DNA of 62,702 nucleotides from an uncultured Candidatus Saccharibacteria bacterium. GTDB taxonomy: Bacteria > Patescibacteriota > Minisyncoccia > Phycocordibacterales > UBA1006. This document shows positions 37,701 to 47,176 of the stretch, piece by piece. Position 1 is the stretch's first letter. Each line of letters begins with the position of its first letter. A program made the position numbers and the translations under genes. Under the pieces are notes generated by a model. The model was not told where the DNA came from, did no database searches, and was given only the letters and a program-made list of their open reading frames with translations. The stretch covers positions 1-62,702 of the forward strand of contig CAYGJA010000002.1 in the NCBI GenBank assembly GCA_964350165.1. The letters are read 5' to 3'.

Positions 37701-40091
37701 AATTTTGGCAATGATTTCGGCATCGGTAGGTAGGGTCTCTCGTTGCTCTGCTGGAGGTTTCTGATCTTCTTTGTATTCAGGATACCGTTCGGCTAGGATT
37801 TTTTTTGCTTGTTTAGGAACTGCGTTCCTGCCTTTTCCCTTGTGGTCAAAGTAGAACTCGGATCCCTTCTCGGTCAAGCGTGTAGTGGAGCCGTCCCATT
37901 CTTTACCCGAAGTTTCTGCCCACTCTTTGGCCTCTTTGATTTCTTTTTCAGTCATTGACCTTTCCATTGGGCCATTTTTTTCTTCCCACCGTGCTTCTAG
38001 CTCTTTGACTATTTCAGCCAGACGTTTCTCCTTTAATTCTTCTGGAGAAAGTGGCGCAACGACGGCTTCTTTTGCTGGTTCAGAATTCAGACCGAAATCA
38101 GGCATTTTGGATAGCCCAGCTGAGTCGTAACTACTTAAATATTCCTTGTGTTCTATGAGGATCCCTTCAAATTCTTTCCGAATTTCTTTCCTTTGGTCTG
38201 GATTACTGCTAAGCTTTTTGAACAAAGCTACTATTTTAGGTTGAACAATATACTCAATTTCTTGAGCTTTTCTTGTGAGTCCAGCTTCTTTGTAAAGTCT
38301 AGCTGTCTCTAGTAATTCCTCGCCAATAGACTGAAGTCGAAGCATTAGTCGACCAGATTCTTCTCGTTCTTGTTTCGCAGCCAATTCATCTGATGTTTTC
38401 CAGGCTTTAGTTTCATTGATGTCCCACTTTGTTTCCGTGAGGTTTAATTGGGCCTCCCTGACCCACGAGCGCATGATCTGTTTTGTGTTGGAATTGGCCG
38501 CAGACTTGTCTATTGCGATAAGAATATCTTCAAATTCTTGGTTCAGTTCTTCTGCCTGTGTGGCAAGGATTTCCTTGGTATCAACCTCTGAAAGATCATC
38601 AATTTTGGCAATAATTTCTGTTATTTTGTTGTGGAAAACTTCTGCTAGGGCGAATTGTTCTACAAATTCATTCAGTAGAGACTCTGCTGCACTTAAGGAT
38701 TCAGAATCTTTTTTTTGTATCAGATTGGAAACATCTTCTAAATAGTTAAGAAGAAGAGAGTCTGATTCCCACAATAGATCAAGTCTATCTTGGAGTCGTT
38801 CTGCTTTTTGTTCAGGGGTTTCAGTATTTTCGTCTATTTTTTCAAGATTGACATCCTCGACAATTTCTGCCGTATCTGCTTTATATCTCTGTTTAAAGTA
38901 GGAGTAGACCGCGTCAAGCTCTTCCTTATTTAATTTTTCTTCAGCTGGCAGGGTGCTCCAGTTTGCCGCCATGTTTTGTAGTTCGGGGATGAAGTTTAGA
39001 ATGGCACATTTTGCTTGGAGGTTGGTTGTTTGTTTGTTCCAGTCTTTTTCGGCTTTTTCGAGGGCATAGTCAGTGGTCCATTTTTTTTCTGGGTCAGTCA
39101 GGGCGTTATCGATACTTGTAGAAATTCGCTTGAGAAGTTTTTGCTTCTTTTCGATTTTTGCGTCTCTTCCCTTGTCGATGTAATCGCGATTTGGTTTTTC
39201 TAGGGTTTTGGTTTTTTCAACCTGTCCTTCATCGGCGGGTGTTCCTGTTTCTAAACTACTCAGCAAATCGAATTCTATAGCAACCTCACTGCTTACTAAA
39301 TCTTCTGGTTGGGGGCCCTCGTCTGTCGGTACTGGATCCGATACTTCTTCCGAGGGGTCTTCTACTGTTACATGTTTGGCCCCACCAGCATCAGTTGTGA
39401 CCGGTGTTCCCATGTCAACCATGCGTGTTGGACGTTTTGTTTTGGCATTCTTGGGAATGTTAAGGGCGGTTTGCTTGTTAGGGGTTTTCGTAGAGACTAC
39501 TTTGATATTTCCGATATTCCTTATCAAGTTTTGCTTTCCTTTGGTGAAATTAAAAGTGCCTCCATTGGATTGCACTTTTTTAAATAGATCAATGAATTTT
39601 TGTAGCTCTTCGGCAATCTCCATTTGAGCAAAATTATCAGGAATTTTGCTAGTTAGTGTGTTTACGGCTTCTAGAATGGCCTCAACATTGTCCGAGGCGT
39701 TGTTTACAGCATCAATCACTGATTGTATGTTTGGATGGATGGATGCTTCAGTTTTTGTTTCTGTTAGTGGGGCTACTGCTCCTAGCTCCACCTCGGGAAT
39801 ATTGATAACAGCTGAAGTTTCTTCGGATGACAGAGTGAGGATGTCTTGTTTTGTGTCTATAAGAGCTGCCCGAATCATCGGAGGGGTGATGTTTCTCCCT
39901 TCTAGCAAGGCTTGGAGAGCTTGGAAGGTGTTATTTCCTTGGATAAGTGTTTTTATTTCTTTAATAACAACATCAAAATCTTGCTCATTAGTTAGAAGCT
40001 TGTCTATTTGTGCAACCACCTCAGCGAGTTCGGAGGGTGTTGAGATTTTTTCTAATGGTTTAATCTTCTGTGTGGTTTCTTCTGTTGGCAT
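34794..40091 (-). CDS. Giant hypothetical protein with a hydrophobic hairpin and a LysM-like motif
   Basis: 1765-aa ORF; long E/K-rich helical N-terminus; hydrophobic ISFFVFALISGVATGGVSFTALG; ATVRPGDGISQIV. Confidence 0.7.
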   Translation of the reverse strand: MPTEETTQKIKPLEKISTPSELAEVVAQIDKLLTNEQDFDVVIKEIKTLIQGNNTFQALQALLEGRNITPPMIRAALIDTKQDILTLSSEETSAVINIPEVELGAVAPLTETKTEASIHPNIQSVIDAVNNASDNVEAILEAVNTLTSKIPDNFAQMEIAEELQKFIDLFKKVQSNGGTFNFTKGKQNLIRNIGNIKVVSTKTPNKQTALNIPKNAKTKRPTRMVDMGTPVTTDAGGAKHVTVEDPSEEVSDPVPTDEGPQPEDLVSSEVAIEFDLLSSLETGTPADEGQVEKTKTLEKPNRDYIDKGRDAKIEKKQKLLKRISTSIDNALTDPEKKWTTDYALEKAEKDWNKQTTNLQAKCAILNFIPELQNMAANWSTLPAEEKLNKEELDAVYSYFKQRYKADTAEIVEDVNLEKIDENTETPEQKAERLQDRLDLLWESDSLLLNYLEDVSNLIQKKDSESLSAAESLLNEFVEQFALAEVFHNKITEIIAKIDDLSEVDTKEILATQAEELNQEFEDILIAIDKSAANSNTKQIMRSWVREAQLNLTETKWDINETKAWKTSDELAAKQEREESGRLMLRLQSIGEELLETARLYKEAGLTRKAQEIEYIVQPKIVALFKKLSSNPDQRKEIRKEFEGILIEHKEYLSSYDSAGLSKMPDFGLNSEPAKEAVVAPLSPEELKEKRLAEIVKELEARWEEKNGPMERSMTEKEIKEAKEWAETSGKEWDGSTTRLTEKGSEFYFDHKGKGRNAVPKQAKKILAERYPEYKEDQKPPAEQRETLPTDAEIIAKIDDYVNKIRGYIKIDGAYEDLDQGLAEAGLVLARKEAEEIKDDTEKGDQQVRLNDLAVEIQKVKEVLIESRRLAADYELLAGKTIKFKQRENQTNIGELTLPDDVKLGGEYFNGRLTQITESDGKCILHIDRVGEFEVKVKKTSEEEGPSLEMSLEEREEEAANIVAKAGFVAGTTMIFETPAGERLPADLQYDLSLDTFKLKGSDIHRIYEENGEYFAQSATGVVYKIYKDEISPETPESSSSPETTVAAARYDYVNAEREYRKATRIWKKFGSREKKAVFEQTKQELQKKLQEEKGAYHAALRTAAIKQQEGRNSNSNTNEEALKAELFQTFVVDELQNLDQERFNQKSILGKLWEKYQKMPVWKRRTISFFVFALISGVATGGVSFTALGLKALYSGASAGLGEVASARLVKDKTEELIEKQTETHREKAQEMASDILADKMDEISTKYLADVAKAKHSQRHQKLKKAGVKILVSSLTTGIAYGADAVHDWYWDEDGNAPEVEADSGESITNPGASTKEDSTIKAVVKAKPDGTETSGSPTKMEAKAGETGTGDSDPAIEPTSSTEKIANLATVRPGDGISQIVARVLRADPDKMKRFAEFAAKNGFEGKPDTPAFYKFIMENTGYMNADGGDQIRLTADAIGKTQYVPQIDDQGKMFIQEIRGDDIENHAFGAKFENSDFESDEYVWGKSGDIPKQNTTVQDEYLDANKYEVIEPTDFGIYDDGAIDEDPFSDGEKAGDAYLNTNKYEAASEGAVAGGAGALLLLNTKVDKLKRKDDFNRNWEELVGTQSPQTDNLPEPGQATGPETYPGTNGGETYYQETKIIPGQIDKELTKAFRGKPVTIDGTKINPTWDIKPADAAQTWGDLSHKPVPTSFLGDNSTSLNMAKTNPEGALVQFTNRINAGITDPAKQFSPGQAKLLFNLTETYGGIIKKMGLSEKTYPTFAHLYEELKKIRASQEIVEKLR

Positions 40092-40119
40092 AAATATTGC
40101 TACCCTTGGGTGGTGATAA

Positions 40120-40317
40120 CTAATAAAGACTCTCTATCTCTGTTCGCAACTGTTGGACGTGAGCTGTGTTGTCTTTTTCTAACAAAGTGGCTTTTTGTTG
40201 TTGTTGAATTAGGTTTTTGTTTTCTTGATAATGTCGAACAATACTCTCTGCCAAACGAGTAATGATGTACTCTTGTTGTTTGGGAGGTAATTTTGCCAAG
40301 GCATCTCGAAGCGACAT
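40120..40317 (-). CDS. Small hypothetical protein
   Basis: 65-aa ORF filling the gap; TATACT 6 nt upstream of the ATG at 40317. Confidence 0.55.
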   Translation of the reverse strand: MSLRDALAKLPPKQQEYIITRLAESIVRHYQENKNLIQQQQKATLLEKDNTAHVQQLRTEIESLY

Positions 40318-40335
40318 GATAATAGTATAGCAAGT

Positions 40336-42105
40336 TTATTGTTCAGTATCGCCGTAGCCAAAGAGGTTTGGTAATTTGTATTTTTCGTAAATATTCCGCT
40401 GTTGTCCTTCTGGAAACGTTTTGGGATTCACCATCCCTAGAATTTCGAGTAGATTTCTGGGGTGGACTAATTCTGCACCTTGTTGGTCAAGGGTCGAGGC
40501 GTTGCAACCGATATAATGGTCCCCAGAAGTGAAAAGCTTTCCAGATTGTTGCAAAGTGCTAAAGGGTCCGGCCCAGCTGGATTGGTTTTTGGTTAAATAA
40601 TCAAGTAACTTTTTGGTAGGTGCGGGCTGGTTTTGTTTATTTGTTATTACTGGAGAAAGCAAGCTAAAGCCAGAATAGGATTGATTAGAATTGTCTGAGC
40701 TAGGTTTTGAATAGAATTGAATTTGGGAATGAATTGGAAAGCTTGGGGTTCCAATCAAGTCTTCCATCACAGAAGGAAAATACTGAAGAAGTATTTTTCT
40801 CTTGTCTGGGTCTTGTATTTTTGCCTGTAGATTCCCGGGAATAAAGATAGCTGTGTTTTGTAATAATGGGTGAGTGGACTCGATGATTGCTTCACCAAGG
40901 CCTGGATGCTGACCCAGTGCTTCTGTTTGGTGAATATAGGTATATAAGGAAATCGGAATTTGGCGCTGTCTGTTTCTGGTGGTTTGTGCTATTGAGCCTA
41001 GCTCTTGTTTTACAAAAGGATCACTGGTGAGAGTGGCTTGTTTTTGAAATAAAGAAAGGAATGGATTGGTTTTTTTTAGAGTGTTCTTTTTCTGGGTTTC
41101 TTGTTTTGGAATCTGATTGTCTCGCAACCAGTCTTCGCTAAAGTCTGGAAGTGTCTCTTCTGTCGATAATCCCAAGAAATTTCGGCAAAATTTTGGATCG
41201 GCCGCCATTTGATACAGGGTGTTGGGCATTTTTTGAGCGTTGAGTAGCCACGACTCGAGGGGTTTTTCCCAAGATTCTTTTAGGTTTTTTAAAAAGCCAG
41301 ACTCTTCTTGTTTTGCAAGAATGTTTAGTGCTTCTTGAGGAATTAGTCGTATTCTGTGTTCGACGAGTTTGGAAAAAAGAAGGGATAGTCTAGCTATTTG
41401 GAGTAGTTGGGGAAGTTTTTCCTGAAGTCCCTGAAGCGCCGGGGGTGTATTGCTATCAAGCAGGCCTGACTGGAGAAGGAGCTGAATTAATTGCGTGGTG
41501 TGATTTCCGTTGTATGTTTCGAGGCCATCTGTGTTTTTGGTCGGTGGATAGATAGTTGTTTCTCCCCCTCTTGTGTCTAAAAGAACGGAAACCTGCTCCC
41601 CTTTTTCGTTTGTTGGAAGTGTTTTTGAGAAAATAACCTTTGGATAATCCTGCTGTCTCTCTATTGAATCATTATAATCTGTGCCTAGTTCTAGTATGGC
41701 GGGGCGATGTATGATTCCAGCTGTTTTGAGGGCCCTTATCAGGGCGCTTAACTCTCGGTTTTTTTCTTGGAGAACAACATGGAAAGATGTTTCCGAATCA
41801 AACATGGTTTCGGCTAGTTTTGTTGCACCAGGCAGTGTGGTCGGTTTTTGTTCCCCAATCCCCTCCTTTTTTTTAGTTATTGGAGTGCTTCCCGGAAATA
41901 CAAAATCAATCTTGCCACTTGGCATTTCGAACCAGACACATTGGTTGCCAGCAGGGGTTGTTTCTTGATAGATAACAACGGCGTTTATGTCCCCCAGTAA
42001 TTCATGGTTGATGGTGATGCTTTCGCCACGTTCAAAATTAGTCACAAATGTTTCGGGACTTTCGGGTTTGGTCGGAATTTTTTCACGGGATTTGACTTCT
42101 TCCAT
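40336..42105 (-). CDS. Hypothetical protein
   Basis: 589-aa ORF; TAGAAT 8 nt upstream of start. Confidence 0.65.
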   Translation of the reverse strand: MEEVKSREKIPTKPESPETFVTNFERGESITINHELLGDINAVVIYQETTPAGNQCVWFEMPSGKIDFVFPGSTPITKKKEGIGEQKPTTLPGATKLAETMFDSETSFHVVLQEKNRELSALIRALKTAGIIHRPAILELGTDYNDSIERQQDYPKVIFSKTLPTNEKGEQVSVLLDTRGGETTIYPPTKNTDGLETYNGNHTTQLIQLLLQSGLLDSNTPPALQGLQEKLPQLLQIARLSLLFSKLVEHRIRLIPQEALNILAKQEESGFLKNLKESWEKPLESWLLNAQKMPNTLYQMAADPKFCRNFLGLSTEETLPDFSEDWLRDNQIPKQETQKKNTLKKTNPFLSLFQKQATLTSDPFVKQELGSIAQTTRNRQRQIPISLYTYIHQTEALGQHPGLGEAIIESTHPLLQNTAIFIPGNLQAKIQDPDKRKILLQYFPSVMEDLIGTPSFPIHSQIQFYSKPSSDNSNQSYSGFSLLSPVITNKQNQPAPTKKLLDYLTKNQSSWAGPFSTLQQSGKLFTSGDHYIGCNASTLDQQGAELVHPRNLLEILGMVNPKTFPEGQQRNIYEKYKLPNLFGYGDTEQ

Positions 42106-42255
42106 CTGTGCTTATTCTAGCCCGATTACACGTCAGGCGCTTGACTTCTGTGTACAGATAATAATTTGACATCCACAGGTTTTTTGTGGTTTTTTGTATT
42201 AGCTATTGCGAATTTGTAGCCCATTGCTACCATTTGTATCACGTAAGGATACTCC

Positions 42256-43452
42256 TTGCGCATTTGGCTTATTGCAAACAATCCACAAGAAGTTCCGGGA
42301 CATAAGCGCTCGAAACCGACACATCAAGGAAAAACAATCTCCACTATTGCTGGAAGCTTTTCTTTTATCGTAGCTGGGATGGTGGCTTATGCTATCACGC
42401 TTGCTTGGCTCCCTACTGCGGTGGCGGCTCCGGACGTAAATGCAGATCAGACCAATGCGCAGACAACTCAATTGCTTTCTTATGAGGGCGGTGCCTCTCT
42501 GGTGGCGTCGGCTTCTTTTTTGGAAATGGTGGTGGTAGATAACGCTATTCAGCCTGATTTGGGTATTTATACCCTAAATGACAGTGGTTTTGTCGAGGAT
42601 GCTCCCGAAATCAACCTTCCACCAGCACAAAAAGCAAACAACGAAGTACTTATTCACGTCGTGGCACCGGGAGAAACCTTGTCAGGAATTGCTGATCAGT
42701 ATGGTTTGAAGTTGGATACTATTTTGTGGGCCAATGACCTTACCTCAAAAAGTACTCTGAGAGCTGGAAAAGAACTGCGAATCCTGCCAGTAGACGGTGT
42801 TGAGCACAAGGTTGCTAGTGGTGATACTTTGTCGGGGATTGCTACTCGGTACAAGGCCAGTGCTGATGAAATCTCTTCTTTTAATACAATTGACCCGAGC
42901 AAGCTTTCGGTGGGAAAAACATTGATTATTCCAGGGGGTACCGGTGTGATTACTGCTCCTAGGATTGCGGCTCGAGCGGTTGGTGTTTCTGCGACAGGAA
43001 GCAAAAACGTAGTGGCTGGCCAGATGATCGATGGAATAATGATGCCAACGACTGGAATCGTCACTCAGGGTTACGGCCAGACTAGTTTTGCGGTGCGTAG
43101 TGGTTATTACACCAACAACCACCATGGCGGTGTGGATATTGGAAACTCACTTAACACACCTATTTATTCAGCTCATGACGGTACGGTTACTTTTGTCGGT
43201 ACTCAGAATGGATATGGAAAAGTAATTTATATCAAGGGTAAGGACGCTAAGGGGCGGACAGTGTTCACGCGTTATGGGCACCTCAATTCCTACAGTGTAA
43301 CCAAGAATCAGGTGGTAAAAGCCGGTGAACAGATTGGAAAAATGGGGGCTACTGGTCGAGCTACCGGAGTACACCTTCATTTCGAAATCAGGAGCGCAGA
43401 TGGTACACAGTTTGTGGGACATGAGTTCTACCAGCAACACTTGAATTACTAA
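42256..43452 (+). CDS. LysM x2 plus M23 metallopeptidase
   Basis: HVVAPGETLSGIA and HKVASGDTLSGIA LysM repeats; HGGVD and HLHFE M23 motifs; start uncertain. Confidence 0.9.
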   Translation: MRIWLIANNPQEVPGHKRSKPTHQGKTISTIAGSFSFIVAGMVAYAITLAWLPTAVAAPDVNADQTNAQTTQLLSYEGGASLVASASFLEMVVVDNAIQPDLGIYTLNDSGFVEDAPEINLPPAQKANNEVLIHVVAPGETLSGIADQYGLKLDTILWANDLTSKSTLRAGKELRILPVDGVEHKVASGDTLSGIATRYKASADEISSFNTIDPSKLSVGKTLIIPGGTGVITAPRIAARAVGVSATGSKNVVAGQMIDGIMMPTTGIVTQGYGQTSFAVRSGYYTNNHHGGVDIGNSLNTPIYSAHDGTVTFVGTQNGYGKVIYIKGKDAKGRTVFTRYGHLNSYSVTKNQVVKAGEQIGKMGATGRATGVHLHFEIRSADGTQFVGHEFYQQHLNY

Positions 43453-43456
43453 AAAA

Positions 43457-44995
43457 TTAACTATTGGTGTGATAAGGCGTCGTAGCGGCGTCTTTTTTGT
43501 TGCGATAACTAAGAGCTTCCAGCATGTGTTCGGTTGTGATGTGTCGTTCGTCGGATAGATCGGCTATGGTTTGGGCTACTTTGATTACTCGATGATAGCT
43601 CCTGGGTGATAGCCGAAGTCGACCAGCGTGCGTTTGAAGGAGGCTCAGTGCCTCTGGGACGATGGATAGTTGGTCGATGTGTTTGGCTTGGAGTTCGTTG
43701 TTTGTGCTTGGCCAATCTTGACCTCGTTCTTGTTTTCTTTGGGATTGATTTTTTCTACCAAGCATTACTTGTTTTTGAATTGTTTTTGAACTTTCTCCTG
43801 CGGGTGAGGTATCAGAAAGGCTTTGGTAATCAACGTGTTCTACGGCTGACCACAAATCAATGCGGTCCATAATGGGACCAGATAATTTGCGTTCCAAACG
43901 ACGAATATCTGTCGGGGTGGCGTTGGGGTCTGGCGGGTTCATGGCAGCCAAAAGAATAATGTTGGCAGGAAACGAAGCCTTGCCTTGAGCGCGCGCAATG
44001 TGCACCACCCTGTCTTCTAGTGGTTGACGCAAGCCTTCGAGCACGCGTCGATCGAATTCTGGAAATTCATCCATAAACAGTACTCCGTGATGGGCCATGG
44101 TAATAGAGCCAGGTTTGGGATGGGCTCCCCCACCGAGAATAGCGGTGTGGCTACTGGTGTGGTGGGGACTTTCAAAAGGACGCTGGCGCACAAGGTCGGA
44201 TATTTGGTGACCAGACAAGCTGTGAATAGAGGTGACAATAAGAGATTCTTCGTCGGTAAGTTCTGGCAAAATACCGGCAAAAGCCTTGGCTAGCATGCTT
44301 TTGCCGGTGCCGGGCGGACCATACATGAGAAGGTTGTGTCCGCCTGCAGCTGCAATCTGCAAAGCACGCTTGGTATCTGCCTGGCCTTTTATTTCTGAAA
44401 AACAAATAGAATGGTTTGTTTTTGTGGGTTTGGGTGGTTGGCTCGTGCTTGCAAGCGGTTGTGTTTTGGGATTTCTTATAAAATCAATAACCTCGATCAA
44501 AGTGTTGGCCCCCAGAGCAGTAATATTGGGCAATAATTGGGCTTCGGCAAGGTTTGCTTGAGGAACAATAATTGTCGAAAAACCAGCTTTTTGGGCTGCA
44601 AGAGCAAGGATAATGACCCCCGGGATTGGGCGCAGTTCGCCGTTGAGAGAAAGCTCCCCAACAAAAACCACCCCATCAGCTGATTGGGGTGGTAATTCAC
44701 CTTTGGCTATCAGGTATCCAATTGCAATCGCTAGGTCAAAATAGACACCTTGTTTTTTGGTGTTGGCTGGCGCCAAGGAGACAATGGTTTTTTCGTTGTG
44801 ATGTTTGGGGCTAGAGACATTGGCGTGTTTGAGGGCGGACCCTACCCTGTCTCGAGATTCTTCTACCGCTTTGTCTGCCAGGCCCACAATGGAAAAAGCG
44901 TGGAGACCCCGGCTGATGTCTATTTCGACCGTGATGATTTCGCCGGCTAGGTTTTGTGGTTGGGCACTATGAACACGAGCAAATTGATTGGTCAC
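43457..44995 (-). CDS. comM: ComM/YifB Mg-chelatase-like ATPase
   Basis: IVGLADKAVEESRDRV, GPPGTGKSMLA, PFESPHHTSS, LFMDEFPEF; GTG start at 44995, 7 nt after TATACT. Confidence 0.9.
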   Translation of the reverse strand: MTNQFARVHSAQPQNLAGEIITVEIDISRGLHAFSIVGLADKAVEESRDRVGSALKHANVSSPKHHNEKTIVSLAPANTKKQGVYFDLAIAIGYLIAKGELPPQSADGVVFVGELSLNGELRPIPGVIILALAAQKAGFSTIIVPQANLAEAQLLPNITALGANTLIEVIDFIRNPKTQPLASTSQPPKPTKTNHSICFSEIKGQADTKRALQIAAAGGHNLLMYGPPGTGKSMLAKAFAGILPELTDEESLIVTSIHSLSGHQISDLVRQRPFESPHHTSSHTAILGGGAHPKPGSITMAHHGVLFMDEFPEFDRRVLEGLRQPLEDRVVHIARAQGKASFPANIILLAAMNPPDPNATPTDIRRLERKLSGPIMDRIDLWSAVEHVDYQSLSDTSPAGESSKTIQKQVMLGRKNQSQRKQERGQDWPSTNNELQAKHIDQLSIVPEALSLLQTHAGRLRLSPRSYHRVIKVAQTIADLSDERHITTEHMLEALSYRNKKDAATTPYHTNS

Positions 44996-45017
44996 TGTTT
45001 GCAGTATACCGAATTTG

Positions 45018-45392
45018 TTAGGCTTCTTTTGTGTTTTCCATGTTGGCAATGTTGGTAGTGGCGGTTGGATCTGCTTCGAGGCGTTCGCGTTCGATTGGTT
45101 CTCCGCTCACAACACAGATGCCGTAATCGCCTGATTCGATTCTGTTTAGAGCGTCTTTTATGTTGCCATAGCGCGATTCGATTACGTTTAGAACAGCAAT
45201 GTCTTCTTGGAAAGATTCGATGCGATCGGCGATCTCGTCAAATTCTGGAGTTTCTTGGTCCATAGGTTCTGGTACCACAATCCAGTCGCCGGCGTCATTG
45301 AGCTGTCGTCCCATCGAAGAGAGCTGTTTGGTAATATCGGCCAATTCGACTTCTAATTTGTTTTTGAAATGCTGTAGATCTGTTTCGTTCAT
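45018..45392 (-). CDS. DksA/TraR family protein, degenerate zinc finger
   Basis: Coiled coil with DEIAD tip; ALNRIESGDYGIC...ERLEADP; only one of four Cys retained. Confidence 0.8.
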   Translation of the reverse strand: MNETDLQHFKNKLEVELADITKQLSSMGRQLNDAGDWIVVPEPMDQETPEFDEIADRIESFQEDIAVLNVIESRYGNIKDALNRIESGDYGICVVSGEPIERERLEADPTATTNIANMENTKEA

Positions 45393-45431
45393 ATGGACAT
45401 AGTTTACCAAGTATTCAAAGGAAACAGTAGT

Positions 45432-46442
45432 CTACTGCCTTGCCAAGCGGTCGATGATTTCGTTCAGGGTTTCAGGACTGCTGGTTATTACCACATAAGC
45501 ACCGTTAATGATGGTGTAAAAGAAAACGCGCTCTTCTGGTCCTGGTGACCGAGTGGTAATGACTTCTTCGGTATAGGTAATAACTGGCTCTGGTAGGGGT
45601 GCTGGTTCTAATTCTGGTTCAGTGTCTGTCGCTGTGGTTGTGGTGGTCAGATCTAGAGAAGAAGACGCAATTACAACAGTCGGCGCTGGTTGAATGATTG
45701 GTATTCGAATGATTTCTTGTTCTTCTATAACTGTTCCTTTATAGAGGCTTCGTACAGGAATATTGTTGATGAGTTCGTCTTTGAATTCGGTGCGAATTGA
45801 TGCCTCGGAAGGAAGGTTAAAGGGTACCAGCATATCTTGGTAGAGGGTTTTTTCCCAAAAACTCATTCCCTCTTGTAGGCCGGCAAAATTTCTGGCTTGG
45901 AGCACGAGGAAGGGTTTGGTGATGCCTTTGGTGGTGTGATACCCCAACACAAAATCAGGCTGAGCCGAAGTAGTGACCAGCAAAGGGGTTTCTGGCCAAA
46001 AAATAGCCGCCGTTTCGCGCAGATTCATAATGGTGCCATTTTCTGGAACAATGCGTACGACACTGGGACTGATGTAGGTCTGGGTCGCCATGACGGCTAG
46101 ATTTGTTTGGGCTTCGGTGGGATCAACGGCGTGCAATTGGAGGTTGTAATCTACTGGAAAGAGGCTAGGTAGTTTGGGGCCATTTTCTAATGGTGGTGGT
46201 GTTAGGAGGCTGTCGGTAAAAACCACAGCCCCTACTCCCCCAACCACCAATACAATAGCCGCTATCAGCCAGATAATGGACATTTTTTTGCGACGCTCGA
46301 GAGTTTTTTCTCGTCTTCGTTCTTCGTTTTGTTCTTGGATAACCGAACGAAGAACCCCGTTTTGGTATTGGGTTTCTATGACTTGGAGATCGCGATAGAA
46401 CGTACGCAGTCCCTCACTTTTTTTCTGCTGTTCTTCGTCCAT
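45432..46442 (-). CDS. Membrane-anchored hypothetical protein
   Basis: 336-aa ORF with an N-proximal TM and a P/T/E-rich insert. Confidence 0.65.
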   Translation of the reverse strand: MDEEQQKKSEGLRTFYRDLQVIETQYQNGVLRSVIQEQNEERRREKTLERRKKMSIIWLIAAIVLVVGGVGAVVFTDSLLTPPPLENGPKLPSLFPVDYNLQLHAVDPTEAQTNLAVMATQTYISPSVVRIVPENGTIMNLRETAAIFWPETPLLVTTSAQPDFVLGYHTTKGITKPFLVLQARNFAGLQEGMSFWEKTLYQDMLVPFNLPSEASIRTEFKDELINNIPVRSLYKGTVIEEQEIIRIPIIQPAPTVVIASSSLDLTTTTTATDTEPELEPAPLPEPVITYTEEVITTRSPGPEERVFFYTIINGAYVVITSSPETLNEIIDRLARQ

Positions 46443-46503
46443 ATCTTCTATGGTACGAGTTTTTTGAGCTTTCTCCTAGCTGGACTTGGTGGAGAAAGGC
46501 CTC

Positions 46504-47058
46504 TTACTTTTTTGCAGCAGAGGTGTGACGCTTGATTGGGCGCTTTTTGTTGCCACCCAAAAGGAAACGGCGCGGATCTTCGGAGAGATCAGTAAAGTCA
46601 TCGACTGCTTCAACCAGCATGCTCGAAGTGGATTTGCGGAACGACATGGCTTCTACCTGGAGACCAGAGTGAATTTTGAGATACTGCACCAGGGGCACAA
46701 AGTCTCCGTCACCACTGATAATAACTACGGCGTCTAGCTTTGGGGCCATGGTGATGGCGTCAACAGCCATGCCAACATCCCAGTCGGCTTTTTTGGCTCC
46801 ACCGAGAAATATCTGAATATCTTTGGTTTTGGTTTCGATGCCGACTTTGGCCAGGGCTTCAAAAAAGTTCTGTTCGGTGCCGTCCTCGGTGCTAATAACA
46901 TAGGCCAAAGCTCGAATAAGCTGTCTTCCGCCGACGGCTTCGTCGAGGATATTGCCAAAATTAACGTGTTTGCCAAACAGATTCTTGGCGCTGTGATACA
47001 AATTCTGCGTATCGATAAACACAGCAACGCGCTGTGATGAATGTTTTACTATAGACAT
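46504..47058 (-). CDS. NYN domain (LabA/DUF88) protein
   Basis: FIDTQNL, KADWDVGMAVDA, SGDGDF, VDDFTDL. Confidence 0.9.
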   Translation of the reverse strand: MSIVKHSSQRVAVFIDTQNLYHSAKNLFGKHVNFGNILDEAVGGRQLIRALAYVISTEDGTEQNFFEALAKVGIETKTKDIQIFLGGAKKADWDVGMAVDAITMAPKLDAVVIISGDGDFVPLVQYLKIHSGLQVEAMSFRKSTSSMLVEAVDDFTDLSEDPRRFLLGGNKKRPIKRHTSAAKK

Positions 47059-47146
47059 ATAAAAAAATAAGGGAATTACAATATAAAAACGATGCCAGCC
47101 ATACGGCCTGTCATTGCTGACTAACAGTATAGCAAATTACTCTAAA

Positions 47147-47176
47147 CAATAATTCGCACCTAGGTGCGAATTATTG
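47147..47176. terminator. Perfect 30-bp palindrome, rpsO terminator
   Basis: CAATAATTCGCACCT|AGGTGCGAATTATTG directly after the rpsO stop. Confidence 0.7.

Noticed and set aside
47085-47125. Attenuator-like hairpin in the NYN gene leader
   Set aside because: Only a 6-bp stem with a wobble, separated from a short T5 tract; no riboswitch consensus
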